Notes under the pieces: model-generated
Database searches by the model: none
What the model was told of the DNA's origin: nothing
What the model saw: only the letters and a program-made list of their open reading frames with translations
From: an uncultured Micavibrio sp.
GTDB lineage: Bacteria; Pseudomonadota; Alphaproteobacteria; Micavibrionales; Micavibrionaceae
Direction of reading: 5' to 3'
Assembly: GCA_964539025.1 (NCBI GenBank)
Contig: CAZIFA010000009.1
Coordinates: 14,554-78,553 of the forward strand
DNA: 64,000 bases
Program-made: the position numbers and the translations under genes
In this document: piece after piece, positions 44,902-54,220 of the stretch
Numbering within the stretch: the stretch's first letter is position 1
Layout: every line of letters starts with the position of its first letter

Positions 44902-45039
44902 GAATCGCAAAGACGCGAAGCTTACAGATGTCATCCTGAAGGAGCATTAGCGACTGAAGGATCTCATGAGATCCTTCGCTTTGCTCAGGATGACATTATA
45001 AAACACAAAATGCTTTGTGCCTTGGCGCCTTAGCGATTC
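44902..45039. repeat. Repeat family G element carrying a nested family A element
   Basis: Outer arms GAATCGCAAAGACGCGAAGC ... GCCTTGGCGCCTTAGCGATTC (compare the uninterrupted copy at 61927-61993). The loop holds the 65-bp family A copy at 44930-44994. Confidence 0.75.
44930..44994. repeat. Palindromic element family A, copy 2 (nested)
   Basis: 64/65 identical to the copy at 2005-2069. Confidence 0.9.
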
Positions 45040-45050
45040 AGGAGAAAAGA

Positions 45051-45980
45051 ATGACGATTTTGGTATTGGCCGAACACGACAACAAGGAATTGAAGCCCGC
45101 CACGTTGAACGCTGTCGGCGCTGCAAAGAAAATCGGCGGCGATGTGCATGTGATGGTGATTGGGTCTGGTTGCGCCGGCGTGGCTGCCGCTGCCGCGAAA
45201 ATCGCAGGCGTATCTAAGGTTTTAAAAGCCGAAAACGCATCGCTCGCCCATGGCCTCGCCGAAAACGCCGCGCCTGTCATTCTGGAAGTCGCGAACAATT
45301 ACAGCCATATTATCGGCCCTGCGACTACAACATGGAAAAATATCCTGCCCCGTGTCGCGGCGCTGCTGGATGTTCAGCAAATCTCCGACATTATAGGCGT
45401 CGTCGATGCGGACACGTTCGAACGCCCGATCTATGCGGGCAACGCGATTGCGACGGTCAAATCATCCGACAAGATCAAGATCATCACCGCGCGTGGAACG
45501 GCCTTCGATGCAGTGGCAAGCGAAGGCGGCAGCGCGAGCGTTGAAGATGTAGCGGTGAAAGCCGATAGCGGATTGTCGTCATTCGTCTCCGCCGAAATTT
45601 CCAAATCGGATCGTCCGGAACTCACCGCTGCCAAGATCGTTGTTTCCGGCGGTCGCGCTCTGGGATCATCCGAAGGATTCAAAATCATCGAGGCCTTGGC
45701 CGACAAACTCGGCGCGGCCATCGGGGCATCCCGTGCGGCGGTCGATGCGGGATATGTTCCCAACGATTATCAGGTCGGGCAGACGGGTAAAAACGTCGCG
45801 CCGCAGCTTTACATCGCCATCGGCATTTCCGGCGCCATTCAGCATCTTGCGGGCATGAAAGATTCCAAAGTCATCGTCGCGATCAACAAGGACGGCGAAG
45901 CGCCGATCTTTTCCATTGCCGATTACGGGCTGGTCGGGGATTTGTTCACGCTCGTGCCAGAGCTCACGCAAAAATTGTAA
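45051..45980 (+). CDS. etfA: electron transfer flavoprotein subunit alpha
   Basis: ATG 45051 (MTILVLAEHDN) after an AGGAGAA RBS. 'VSGGRALGS', 'IGASRAAVDAGY.PND.QVGQTGK' and 'YIAIGISGAIQH' are EtfA FAD-binding motifs. Confidence 0.95.
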   Translation: MTILVLAEHDNKELKPATLNAVGAAKKIGGDVHVMVIGSGCAGVAAAAAKIAGVSKVLKAENASLAHGLAENAAPVILEVANNYSHIIGPATTTWKNILPRVAALLDVQQISDIIGVVDADTFERPIYAGNAIATVKSSDKIKIITARGTAFDAVASEGGSASVEDVAVKADSGLSSFVSAEISKSDRPELTAAKIVVSGGRALGSSEGFKIIEALADKLGAAIGASRAAVDAGYVPNDYQVGQTGKNVAPQLYIAIGISGAIQHLAGMKDSKVIVAINKDGEAPIFSIADYGLVGDLFTLVPELTQKL

Positions 45981-45991
45981 GCATTACAATT

Positions 45992-46069
45992 GTCATGCCC
46001 GCTTTATGCGGGCATCCGGTTTTCTGGATCCCCGCCGTGCAAGCGGCTTCGCCGCGCCGCGGGGATGAC
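45992..46069. repeat. C-type palindromic element (78 bp)
   Basis: GTCATGCCCGCTTTATGCGGGCATCCGG...GGATCCCCGC...GCGGGGATGAC, lying between the convergent etfA and pentapeptide genes. Confidence 0.75.
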
Positions 46070-46081
46070 ATAGGTGTTTTT

Positions 46082-47374
46082 TTAATCAACGGCCTTCATC
46101 TTGAAAGCAGAACCAGCCTTAACGGCGGGAAGCGTTGCGCCTTCGGTCTGGCTGTCATCCAGAAGCGTGCCTTCCATGATCGCACCGGAAAAATCGCATT
46201 CGCGCAGATCGGCACCTTTCAGGTTTGCGTTGGTTAAGTCTGCACCCTTAAAATTCGCCATGCGCAGCTTGCATCCCGAAAAATCGGCATATGTCAGCGA
46301 CGCGCCTTCGAAATCACAAGGGCTGAACCGTTTACTGTTTCCGCCGCCGCCAAACATCAAGGCTTCAAAATTCGAATTGCGCACAGAGGCATGGTTGAAG
46401 CGAGCGCTTTTAAACGACGATCCGCGCAGATCGGATTCTTCCATGTCGCAGCGGCGAAAATCCGCATCGTCCAAATTCGCGCTTTGCATCTGAATCTTGT
46501 AGAGGTTCATGCCGAAGAAACGCGCCTTGACGGCTTTGATCGCCGTCATTTTTTCCATTTTCAGCGATTCCAGCGGGCGCATATCGTAACCCGACAGATC
46601 AAGTTGGCGCCCTTCTGCGCCTGCGCTAGACACCCACAGGCGGTGCGTTTCGATCATCTTGGCGAGCGGTTGTTCGAGGTCTTTGACCGACGTTCCGATA
46701 TTGGCGTCGGTGATGGCTTCGGAAATATCGACATCCATCTCGCTGATCTCCGCCATGTTAACGCCGGTCAGGATGGTCGCCTTCATCTTTGCGCCCGAAA
46801 GCTTGACACCCGCCATCTGCGCGCCGGACAAATCCGCGCCTTTAAAATCCGCATTACGAACATCTGCGCCCGCCATGTTGATTCCGGTCATGATCGCGTC
46901 GGCAAAGTCTGCGGAATTGGCGAGCGATCCCACCAGGCGCGCACCGGATAAATTCGCGCCGCGGAACGAAACGCTTTCGCCCGTGTCATACATGCCGTTC
47001 TTGGCAAAACCGCCGACGCGCAAATCGGCCTTGTCGAAGTTGGCCTGTTCAAGGTTCGATGATTGGATGCGTGCACCACGCAAATCGGCGCGGGCAAAGT
47101 TGCAACGCGCGAGGTTTGAATCGCTCAAATCGCAGGCATACAGACGCGCTTCGCTGAAATTCGCTTTGGACATATCGGTGCGGTTCATCCGGCACCCCGC
47201 AAAATCCGCCTGTCGCATATCGCGCCCGGAAAAAGACAGTCCGGAAAGATCGACGTTTTTAAGCGCGGCGCGGCGACCACCCAGACGCCCCGATAAAAAT
47301 CTCCCATGGAGATCGATCATGGCGTCGAGCTGGGCCTGCGTCAGTTTTTCAAGAAGCTCTTCGGTATCAGACAT
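46082..47374 (-). CDS. pentapeptide repeat-containing protein (two repeat domains)
   Basis: 430 aa with long runs of A(D/N)LxG-type pentapeptides (e.g. 'ANFKGADLTNANLKGADLRECDFSGA'). Each of the two blocks is preceded by an 'H(G/R)(R/L)(F/W)(L/V)SS..G..G(R)' linker. Confidence 0.85.
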   Translation of the reverse strand: MSDTEELLEKLTQAQLDAMIDLHGRFLSGRLGGRRAALKNVDLSGLSFSGRDMRQADFAGCRMNRTDMSKANFSEARLYACDLSDSNLARCNFARADLRGARIQSSNLEQANFDKADLRVGGFAKNGMYDTGESVSFRGANLSGARLVGSLANSADFADAIMTGINMAGADVRNADFKGADLSGAQMAGVKLSGAKMKATILTGVNMAEISEMDVDISEAITDANIGTSVKDLEQPLAKMIETHRLWVSSAGAEGRQLDLSGYDMRPLESLKMEKMTAIKAVKARFFGMNLYKIQMQSANLDDADFRRCDMEESDLRGSSFKSARFNHASVRNSNFEALMFGGGGNSKRFSPCDFEGASLTYADFSGCKLRMANFKGADLTNANLKGADLRECDFSGAIMEGTLLDDSQTEGATLPAVKAGSAFKMKAVD

Positions 47375-47431
47375 AAATTTCCGCGCGATAAGTTGTCGGG
47401 TAGTATAGGGCAGAAGACATTAAAAACTCAT

Positions 47432-48070
47432 TCATCTATTCTGTAAAAGGAAGATATCGAAGAAGGCTTGCGAATCCGGACCTGTCCAGTCCGCATCACC
47501 ATCGAAACGATACAAAATTAGCCCGTCGCTGCCTATAAGAAAACTGGTCGGTATGCCCTGTATTCCCAAGCTTCTGGCAAAATCGCCGCTTTTGTCGAGA
47601 TAGCCCGCAAAGTTGCCGATCCGGCGCTTTTCCAGAAAATGGGCAATTTCGGCTTCCGTCGCCCCCGCCTCGATCGCCACCGCCACCACATTCATCTTGC
47701 CGTCGTAATGTTTCGCCAGTTTTTCCAGCGAAGGCAGTTCCACCACGCAAGGCGTGCACCACCGCGCCCAAAGATTGACGAGCGTGGGCCTGCCCGCGAA
47801 ATCGACGATCGTCACCGTTTTTCCATCCATTGTGGTGAGCGGAGTTTCAGGGAGAAGTTTGACTTCCGTCGTTGCCGCGAGCCGTTCGAATTGGCGGGAG
47901 AATGCCGCCGTAACGCTTTTGGGCACGCCCGGCGCGACGAAATCTTTTTTCATCTGTTCGCTGATACGCGCATCGCCTTCGCGGACCGCGCCGCCGCCGT
48001 AATAAGCGAAGAATGTCGAAACTATGAACAGGGCTATGACGATACCTGTAAAAATTAGCTTGTGACGCAT
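47432..48070 (-). CDS. TlpA-family thiol:disulfide oxidoreductase
   Basis: N-terminal TM anchor and thioredoxin motif 'NLWARWCTPCVVELP'. ATG 48070 (MRHKLIF) chosen. Confidence 0.8.
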   Translation of the reverse strand: MRHKLIFTGIVIALFIVSTFFAYYGGGAVREGDARISEQMKKDFVAPGVPKSVTAAFSRQFERLAATTEVKLLPETPLTTMDGKTVTIVDFAGRPTLVNLWARWCTPCVVELPSLEKLAKHYDGKMNVVAVAIEAGATEAEIAHFLEKRRIGNFAGYLDKSGDFARSLGIQGIPTSFLIGSDGLILYRFDGDADWTGPDSQAFFDIFLLQNR

Positions 48071-48096
48071 GCTTCTTCCATGGTTCAAATAGAATT

Positions 48097-48243
48097 ATGA
48101 CTCCGCTCCGCAAATATGGCCTATGGCTGGCCCTTCTGGCAACCGTGCTGATGGCCGGCTGCGGCATAAAGCCGAACAAGCTGGAACCGCCGCCCGGTTC
48201 CAAGGAAAGCGGATTCCCGCGTACGTACCCACAAAGCAAATGA
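48097..48243 (+). CDS. small lipoprotein (48 aa, LptM/YifL-like?)
   Basis: Not in the ORF track. Translation MTPLRKYGLWLALLATVLMAGCGIKPNKLEPPPGSKESGFPRTYPQSK with lipobox LMAGC. It lies upstream of lysA, as small lipoprotein genes often do. Confidence 0.5.
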   Translation: MTPLRKYGLWLALLATVLMAGCGIKPNKLEPPPGSKESGFPRTYPQSK

Positions 48244-48244
48244 T

Positions 48245-48309
48245 GTCATCCTGAAGGAGCGTTAGCGACTGAAGGATCTCATGAGATCCTTCGCTACGCT
48301 CAGGATGAC
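48245..48309. repeat. Palindromic element family A, copy 3
   Basis: 63/65 identical to the copy at 2005. It starts 2 nt after the lipoprotein stop and ends 30 nt before the lysA ATG. Confidence 0.9.
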
Positions 48310-48338
48310 AACGAAGTAAATATTAGGATTATTTTAGC

Positions 48339-49634
48339 ATGACCACAGGTTTTGAAGAAAAAGACGGCGTCCTTCACGCCGATGCTGTTTCACTGGCCCG
48401 CATCGCGGCCGATATCGGCACGCCCGTTTACGTGTATTCGGCAGGCGTGATCGAAGATCAGTTCAACCGTTTGAAAAACGCTTGCGCCAAGGCCATGCCC
48501 GCCAATCGCCAGCCGTTGCTTTGTTTTGCCTGCAAGGCAAACAGTAATGTCGCGGTTTTGAATTTGCTGGGTGGATTGGGCAGCGGGCTTGAGATCGTTT
48601 CCGAAGGCGAATTGATCCGCGGGTTGAAAGCGGGATTCGCCGGAAACAAAATCGTATCTACGGGCGTCGGAAAACAAAAGCGCGAAATCGCCGCGTGTTT
48701 GAAAGCTGGCATTTTGCAATTCAACGTGGAATCTTTACCCGAATTGGAACAGATAAACGCCGTTGCTGGCGAAATCGGCATCAAGGCCAAAGTCGCGTTC
48801 CGTTTGAACCCGGATGTGAGCGGCGGCGGGCATCACAAAATTTCCACGGGCCGCAAGCGCGATAAATTCGGCATGGGCGTGGAGATGATGGAGCAGGCCT
48901 ACGCGCTCGCCGCGAAATTACCGAACGTCGAAGCCGTCGGGCTTTCGATGCATATCGGATCACAAGTGTTCGAAGTGGAAAAATTCCGCGAGGCGTTTGC
49001 GCGCATTCCCGATGTGGTGAAGAATTTGCGGGCGCAAGGGCATAAGGTTGCAAGGCTAGATATCGGCGGCGGTTTCCCGATTGTTTACAACAACGAACAA
49101 TTGCTTGATCTGGACGCCTACGCGCAATGGGTGAATGACATTATCGTACCGCTGGATACCGAAATTGTCATGGAGCCGGGGCGGTATCTGGTTGGTAATG
49201 CGGGCGTATTGCTAACGGAAGTTTTGTACGTGAAGGAAGCGAAGGATCGTAAATTCCTGATCGTCGACGCGGCCATGAACGACCTTATCCGTCCGACATT
49301 ATATGACGCTTATCATGGCATCGAACCAATCGCGAGCAACAACGCGGCATGGACCAAATACGATATCGTTGGCCCGGTATGCGAAACGGGCGATACGTTC
49401 ACGACGGATCGTGAAATGCCGGAAATGAAAGCGGGTGAATTTGCCGTGATCAAATCCGCAGGCGCATACGGCGCGTCGATGGCATCGAATTACAACACGC
49501 GTCCGATGGCGGCGGAAGTTATGACGAAGAACGGCGAGTATGCCGTGATCCGTGCGCGGCAAACTTATGAAGAAGTTATAGACCGCGATATCGTGCCGGA
49601 TTGGAATTCAAAAAAATCAAAGATAGCGTTTTAA
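48339..49634 (+). CDS. lysA: diaminopimelate decarboxylase
   Basis: 431 aa. 'FACKANSN' (PLP-lysine), 'GGGFPI', 'EPGR..VGNAG', 'GP.CE.GD'. Confidence 0.95.
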   Translation: MTTGFEEKDGVLHADAVSLARIAADIGTPVYVYSAGVIEDQFNRLKNACAKAMPANRQPLLCFACKANSNVAVLNLLGGLGSGLEIVSEGELIRGLKAGFAGNKIVSTGVGKQKREIAACLKAGILQFNVESLPELEQINAVAGEIGIKAKVAFRLNPDVSGGGHHKISTGRKRDKFGMGVEMMEQAYALAAKLPNVEAVGLSMHIGSQVFEVEKFREAFARIPDVVKNLRAQGHKVARLDIGGGFPIVYNNEQLLDLDAYAQWVNDIIVPLDTEIVMEPGRYLVGNAGVLLTEVLYVKEAKDRKFLIVDAAMNDLIRPTLYDAYHGIEPIASNNAAWTKYDIVGPVCETGDTFTTDREMPEMKAGEFAVIKSAGAYGASMASNYNTRPMAAEVMTKNGEYAVIRARQTYEEVIDRDIVPDWNSKKSKIAF

Positions 49635-49639
49635 TTGAT

Positions 49640-49699
49640 GTCATTCTGAGCGAAGCGAAGAATCTCATGAGATCCTTCGGGCTTTGCCCTCAGGATGAC
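49640..49699. repeat. Palindromic element family A, subtype 2, copy 4
   Basis: GTCATTCTGAGCGAAGCGAAGAATCTCATGAGATCCTTCGGGCTTTGCCCTCAGGATGAC, lying between the convergent lysA and zinc-ribbon genes. Confidence 0.9.
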
Positions 49700-49704
49700 A
49701 TCAC

Positions 49705-50565
49705 CTAACCCTTATGCGGTGCGGGGTTGGAAGGCGCTTTATGTTCCGGTGGTGTTTCAGCGGCTGTTTCTTCTTGCGCCTTCACCTTCACGTAAGAAAA
49801 ACCGAAATTCACGTTCTGCGCGCCATCCGGAATTTTCGGATAGACGACATTGAACGATGCCTGCCCTTCGGGTTTCAGACGCGCAACTGGCGGTGCGATC
49901 AGGATACGATCAATCACCTTGGCATTCTTATCGACGATGATGGCCATCACGGACGGGACATCGGCCTCACCCTCACGTAGATTTATGATATCGCCTTTCA
50001 TAATGATTTTGCCGTCGGCCATTTCGGCGTGCAGGCTTTCCAGCGAAAGCCCCTCACCCGGCGGCACAGGTTTTAAGCCCACCAGATTATAAAGAAGATT
50101 GGACGGCGGCCATGCGCGACTGATCTGCGGCTGCATAACAAAGAACACAGCGAGGACAACGACCCATATAACAGCCGCCGTTACCAGCCCGCCGATTTTT
50201 TCCCCAGACATTTTCTTTTTCGATTTCGCCGCCGATGGCTTGGGCAGGACAATATCTTCATGCACAGGGCGCACGCCTTCGGGAATCGGCGTGATTTCTA
50301 TTTCTTTTCGTAAAATAGACTGGAAATCGTCGTCGCCATCCTGTGGCGCAGCGGAAGGCTCAAAGGCCTGATCGTCGTCCGGATGGGTCTCTTCATCGGC
50401 AAAATCAAGCGAATCCGTGCCAAAAAGCGCCTCATCCAGCCCTTCTTCCCCTTCTTCAAACCATTGATGGCCGCAATGTGCACAGCGCACGGTCCGCCCG
50501 TCGGGGCCAATGGCTCCCTCGGCGACCAGGTAACGCATAGTACAGGCGGGACAGGTCAGTATCAT
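49705..50565 (-). CDS. MJ0042-type zinc-ribbon membrane protein (DUF3426-like)
   Basis: 'MILTCPACTMRYLV.....GPDGRTVRCAHCGHQW' zinc ribbon, an acidic linker, one TM helix, and a C-terminal beta-rich domain. Confidence 0.8.
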   Translation of the reverse strand: MILTCPACTMRYLVAEGAIGPDGRTVRCAHCGHQWFEEGEEGLDEALFGTDSLDFADEETHPDDDQAFEPSAAPQDGDDDFQSILRKEIEITPIPEGVRPVHEDIVLPKPSAAKSKKKMSGEKIGGLVTAAVIWVVVLAVFFVMQPQISRAWPPSNLLYNLVGLKPVPPGEGLSLESLHAEMADGKIIMKGDIINLREGEADVPSVMAIIVDKNAKVIDRILIAPPVARLKPEGQASFNVVYPKIPDGAQNVNFGFSYVKVKAQEETAAETPPEHKAPSNPAPHKG

Positions 50566-50645
50566 TTACGGGCGTCTTCTTCTCAAACCAAAGTCTATAC
50601 TGTATGTATAAGATACACTTATAAGAACGGCAAGGCGCGCTCATC

Positions 50646-51419
50646 ATGCACACTCCCCTTTTACGCGGTTTTGGTCTTTTCATATTGGCAGCACTGGTTG
50701 CCGGTACGGCGTACGCCGAAGATAAAAAAGGGCCCAATTGCGCCGCCATGGATCGCCCCTGTCTGATGAAGCAGATTGAGACCCTGACCCCCCAGATTGA
50801 TAAGCCTGAATGGCGGGACCAGACGATGCGCGAACTGGCCAAGACCTATTCTTATGAAGGCCAGACGGACAAGGCCATCGCCCTCATCGATAAAATTACC
50901 GACAACGACACCAAGGCCATGACCATTCGCGGCATCGGCATGGCGGCCGCAAGTTTGAAATGGGATCGTCACAAATACGATAGCCTGTTCGCCAAGCTCG
51001 CCGCGGAAGCGCAGAAAATTTCACACGCCCCCTCACAGGGCATCGCCTATACCTACATCTCGATGGCCCAGGCCTATGCGGGTGACGACGACGGCGCGCG
51101 CAAAACGGCAGCCACCATGGAAAACACCGCTTTGCGCAATAAAGCATATGGCGAAGCGGCGGAGATCGAAGCGGGCCGAGGCGATTTAAATAACGCGCTG
51201 GCATCGCTCGAGGCCATCGACAGCGCGCCGTACAAAAGCAAGCAATACGACATCGTTTCGCGTATTTTTCTGGACAAAGCGATGGTGGAAGAGGCTTACA
51301 CCTGTGCAAGCCATATTGATAATGCTTATCTGAAAGCCAAATCAATCCAGAGGATACTGAACAAGGGCAACACCGAAGAAGAAGATATGGAACCCAAGCA
51401 AGATGCATTGAAGGATTGA
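50646..51419 (+). CDS. secreted hypothetical protein (helical-repeat/TPR-like)
   Basis: Signal peptide 'FILAALVAGTAYAED'. Alanine-rich helical repeats. No firm domain call. Confidence 0.5.
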   Translation: MHTPLLRGFGLFILAALVAGTAYAEDKKGPNCAAMDRPCLMKQIETLTPQIDKPEWRDQTMRELAKTYSYEGQTDKAIALIDKITDNDTKAMTIRGIGMAAASLKWDRHKYDSLFAKLAAEAQKISHAPSQGIAYTYISMAQAYAGDDDGARKTAATMENTALRNKAYGEAAEIEAGRGDLNNALASLEAIDSAPYKSKQYDIVSRIFLDKAMVEEAYTCASHIDNAYLKAKSIQRILNKGNTEEEDMEPKQDALKD

Positions 51420-51421
51420 CC

Positions 51422-51739
51422 ATGGCAAAGCCGAAAGCATTGACCGACAAAGCCGTTAAAGACGGCGTTAAAAAAATTCCCGGCTGGTCATACAAAGGCG
51501 GCAAGATCACTGCCGATTATAAATTCGCGGATTTTCGCGAAGCGATGGGTTTCATCACGCAGGTCGGAATTACCGCCGACAAGGCCGACCACCATCCCGA
51601 AATTTACAATGTGTACAACAACGTGACCTTCAAGCTTTCGACCCATGACGCGGGCGGAAAGGTCACAAAAAAGGATATGGACCTTGCGCGCGAGATAAGC
51701 GGCATTGCGTCCAAAATCCTGCGCAAAGGCAAGGCATGA
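51422..51739 (+). CDS. 4a-hydroxytetrahydrobiopterin dehydratase (PCD/DCoH)
   Basis: 'GFITQVGITADKADHHPEIYNVYNNVTFKLSTHDAGG' contains the PCD HHP motif. ATG 51422 chosen because the ORF-track start 51416 is TTG. Confidence 0.85.
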   Translation: MAKPKALTDKAVKDGVKKIPGWSYKGGKITADYKFADFREAMGFITQVGITADKADHHPEIYNVYNNVTFKLSTHDAGGKVTKKDMDLAREISGIASKILRKGKA

Positions 51740-52440
51740 TCCGTTACGAGCATGTAGGATTACGCTACGGCATCGGGCCGGAGGTGCTGGAAGGGATCGA
51801 TTTTACCCTCGAACCCGGCTCGTTCCATTTCCTGTCGGGACCATCGGGCGCGGGTAAAACATCGTTGATGTCCCTGCTCTATCTGGGCCGCATGCCGACG
51901 CGCGGCCTGATCCGCATGTTCGGACAAAATATCGGCGAACTGGACCGTGAACAACTCGCGGCATTGCGCCAACGCATCGGCGTGGTGTTCCAGGATTTCC
52001 GATTGCTCAATCACATGAGCGCATTTGACAATGTCGCGCTTCCTTTGCGTATTCAGGGCCGCCCGGAAAAAGAAATTCAGAACAATGTCGGTGAATTGCT
52101 GGACTGGGTCGGGCTCGGCGATCACAAGCAGGCGCTGCCCAACACCATGTCCGGCGGACAACAACAACGTGTTGCAATCGCACGCGCCGTTATCACACGC
52201 CCGCGCCTTCTCCTTGCAGATGAACCGACAGGTAACTTGGATGACGAAATCGGATTCCGTTTGATGGCACTATTTGATCAATTGAACCGCATGGGCACAA
52301 CCGTCGTCATCGCCACACACAATCAGGCAATCATCGATAAATTCGGACACAAGCGGCTGATCCTCGAAAAAGGACATCTGCGCATTGAAGAACCCGCGAA
52401 AAAAGGCGGGCTTCGGCAGCGTCTTGAGGGGGTTTATTAG
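51736..52440 (+). CDS. ftsE: cell division ATP-binding protein FtsE
   Basis: Walker A 'GPSGAGKTS', signature '[14 protein letters not shown]', Walker B '[12 protein letters not shown]'. An FtsX-like permease follows. Confidence 0.9.
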   Translation: MIRYEHVGLRYGIGPEVLEGIDFTLEPGSFHFLSGPSGAGKTSLMSLLYLGRMPTRGLIRMFGQNIGELDREQLAALRQRIGVVFQDFRLLNHMSAFDNVALPLRIQGRPEKEIQNNVGELLDWVGLGDHKQALPNTMSGGQQQRVAIARAVITRPRLLLADEPTGNLDDEIGFRLMALFDQLNRMGTTVVIATHNQAIIDKFGHKRLILEKGHLRIEEPAKKGGLRQRLEGVY

Positions 52441-52466
52441 GATGAGTATGTTCGGAACGAAGAATA

Positions 52467-52555
52467 CCCCCCATCCAAACCTTCCCCCGCAAGGGGGGAA
52501 GGCTTTTGCCTCAGTAAAGTCCTCCCCCCTTGAGGGGGAGGATTTAGGTGGGGGG
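52467..52555. repeat. Repeat family E copy between ftsE and ftsX
   Basis: CCCCCC..CCTTCCCCCGCAAGGGGGGAAGG..TAAAGTCCTCCCCCCTTGAGGGGGAGGATTTAGGTGGGGGG. Confidence 0.75.
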
Positions 52556-52563
52556 ACTATCGC

Positions 52564-53526
52564 ATGAAAAATTTATCAGCACTCTTTAAAAACCCCTTCA
52601 ACCGCGAACGCATTCTCGGCGTGGCAAAGGGTAAACGCCGCTATGATCTTCCGCTCACAGGAAGTTCCAGCAACACGTTCCTACGTATGCTGATCTGCCT
52701 GATGAGCGTTCTTGGCATGCTGGCGCTGGCGGCGTCTTTTGCGTTGTCCGCCATGACGGATCGCTGGTCACAGGGCCTCGAAGATAAAATCAGCGTGGAA
52801 ATTCCGGCCTCCGATTCCGGCGGTGAGATAATCAACCCCGACATGGTCAGAAGAATGACCGACGAAGCGGCCAAGATTTTAAGCGAACATCCCGATGTTG
52901 CCGAAGCCGAAATTATGGAAGAATCCCACGTGCGCGAATTGCTTTCGCCTTGGCTCGGCACGGACATGGTGATGGATTCCATCCCTATCCCCGGCTTGAT
53001 CTCCGTCACCTTTGCCAAAGGATCGACACCGAACCTCAAAGCGCTAGAATTACATCTGCGTGAAGCCGCGCCCCGCGCAAGGATCGATACACATGAAAAC
53101 TGGTTATCCGATGTTCTGCGTTTTACCGGCGCGCTGCAATTCGCCGCGATCCTGCTCGGTCTGATCATCGGCGCGACAACATTGGTTGCTGTCGCGGGCG
53201 GCGTAAGATCGAAATTGTCGGAGAATAAGGAAGAGTTGGAACTGCTGCACCTGATGGGCGCATCGGATTCCTACATCGCCAAGCAATTACAACGCCACAC
53301 GCTACTCCTCTCCTTGCAGGGCGGCGCGTGCGGCGTTGTTACGGGCGGGATCATGTTGCTTATCATCGGCATGGTCGCGGGCAGTATCGGCGTCAACCTC
53401 GTGCCTGATTTCCGGCTGGATTATGGACAAAAGATCATGCTTTTGCTGCTGCCTGTGCCGATTGCCCTGCTCGCCATGTTCACCGCGCGGTTTACGGTCT
53501 TGCGCGTGCTCACCAAAATGCCCTAA
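52564..53526 (+). CDS. ftsX: FtsX-like cell division permease
   Basis: 320 aa with a TM1 / large periplasmic loop / three C-terminal TM helices topology, downstream of ftsE. Confidence 0.8.
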   Translation: MKNLSALFKNPFNRERILGVAKGKRRYDLPLTGSSSNTFLRMLICLMSVLGMLALAASFALSAMTDRWSQGLEDKISVEIPASDSGGEIINPDMVRRMTDEAAKILSEHPDVAEAEIMEESHVRELLSPWLGTDMVMDSIPIPGLISVTFAKGSTPNLKALELHLREAAPRARIDTHENWLSDVLRFTGALQFAAILLGLIIGATTLVAVAGGVRSKLSENKEELELLHLMGASDSYIAKQLQRHTLLLSLQGGACGVVTGGIMLLIIGMVAGSIGVNLVPDFRLDYGQKIMLLLLPVPIALLAMFTARFTVLRVLTKMP

Positions 53527-53536
53527 ATTCCCCCAT

Positions 53537-53600
53537 GTCATTCTGAGCGAAGCGAAGAATCTCGTTTGAGATCCTTCGGGCATAGAGCCCTCAGGATGAC
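53537..53600. repeat. Palindromic element family A, subtype 2, copy 5
   Basis: GTCATTCTGAGCGAAGCGAAGAATCTCGTTTGAGATCCTTCGGGCATAGAGCCCTCAGGATGAC. Confidence 0.9.
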
Positions 53601-53615
53601 AGCAAAGATAGAACG

Positions 53616-54218
53616 ATGGTTTTCAAACTTTTCGCATATTGTTTCACCGCTTTATTCACGCTCCTTTTGCTTTGGGGGCTTGGATGGATGTGGTTCGCGG
53701 CGTCAGTGGTCGTTGCCAAGCCGCAAATGCCCGATCAACGCACAGACGCCATCATCGTCTTAACCGGAGGCGACAAACGCGTGAACACCGGGCTCGATCT
53801 CCTGGCAGATGACAAGGCAAAATTTTTGTTCATCTCCGGCGTCAATGCAAAAGTGAAACCGGAAGAATTGATCGCGCTGTGGCGCGGCAACCACAAAAAA
53901 GTTCTTTCGCGCATTACGCTGGGCTACACCGCCGATAGCACGGCAAGTAACGCCATCGAAAGCGAAGAATGGATCAAGAAAAAAGATATCCATTCCGTTC
54001 GCCTTGTCACCGCCAATTACCACATGGCACGGTCCATGCTGATGTTTCACGAAGCGATGCCGGATATAGAAATCGTCAAGCACCCCGTCGTGCCGGCAGA
54101 TTTCGAGCCGTGGAAAGAACAATTCTGGCCGCTGACATTTCAGGAATACAATAAATTCCTCGCGGCATGGCTACGGCTCGACCTGATGAATAAAAATCCC
54201 GAACTGGAAAAAAGATAA
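53616..54218 (+). CDS. YdcF/DUF218 family protein
   Basis: N-terminal TM helix, 'AIIVLTGGDKRV' and 'VRLVTANYHMARS'. Paralog of 8343..8954. Confidence 0.75.
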   Translation: MVFKLFAYCFTALFTLLLLWGLGWMWFAASVVVAKPQMPDQRTDAIIVLTGGDKRVNTGLDLLADDKAKFLFISGVNAKVKPEELIALWRGNHKKVLSRITLGYTADSTASNAIESEEWIKKKDIHSVRLVTANYHMARSMLMFHEAMPDIEIVKHPVVPADFEPWKEQFWPLTFQEYNKFLAAWLRLDLMNKNPELEKR

Positions 54219-54220
54219 TC

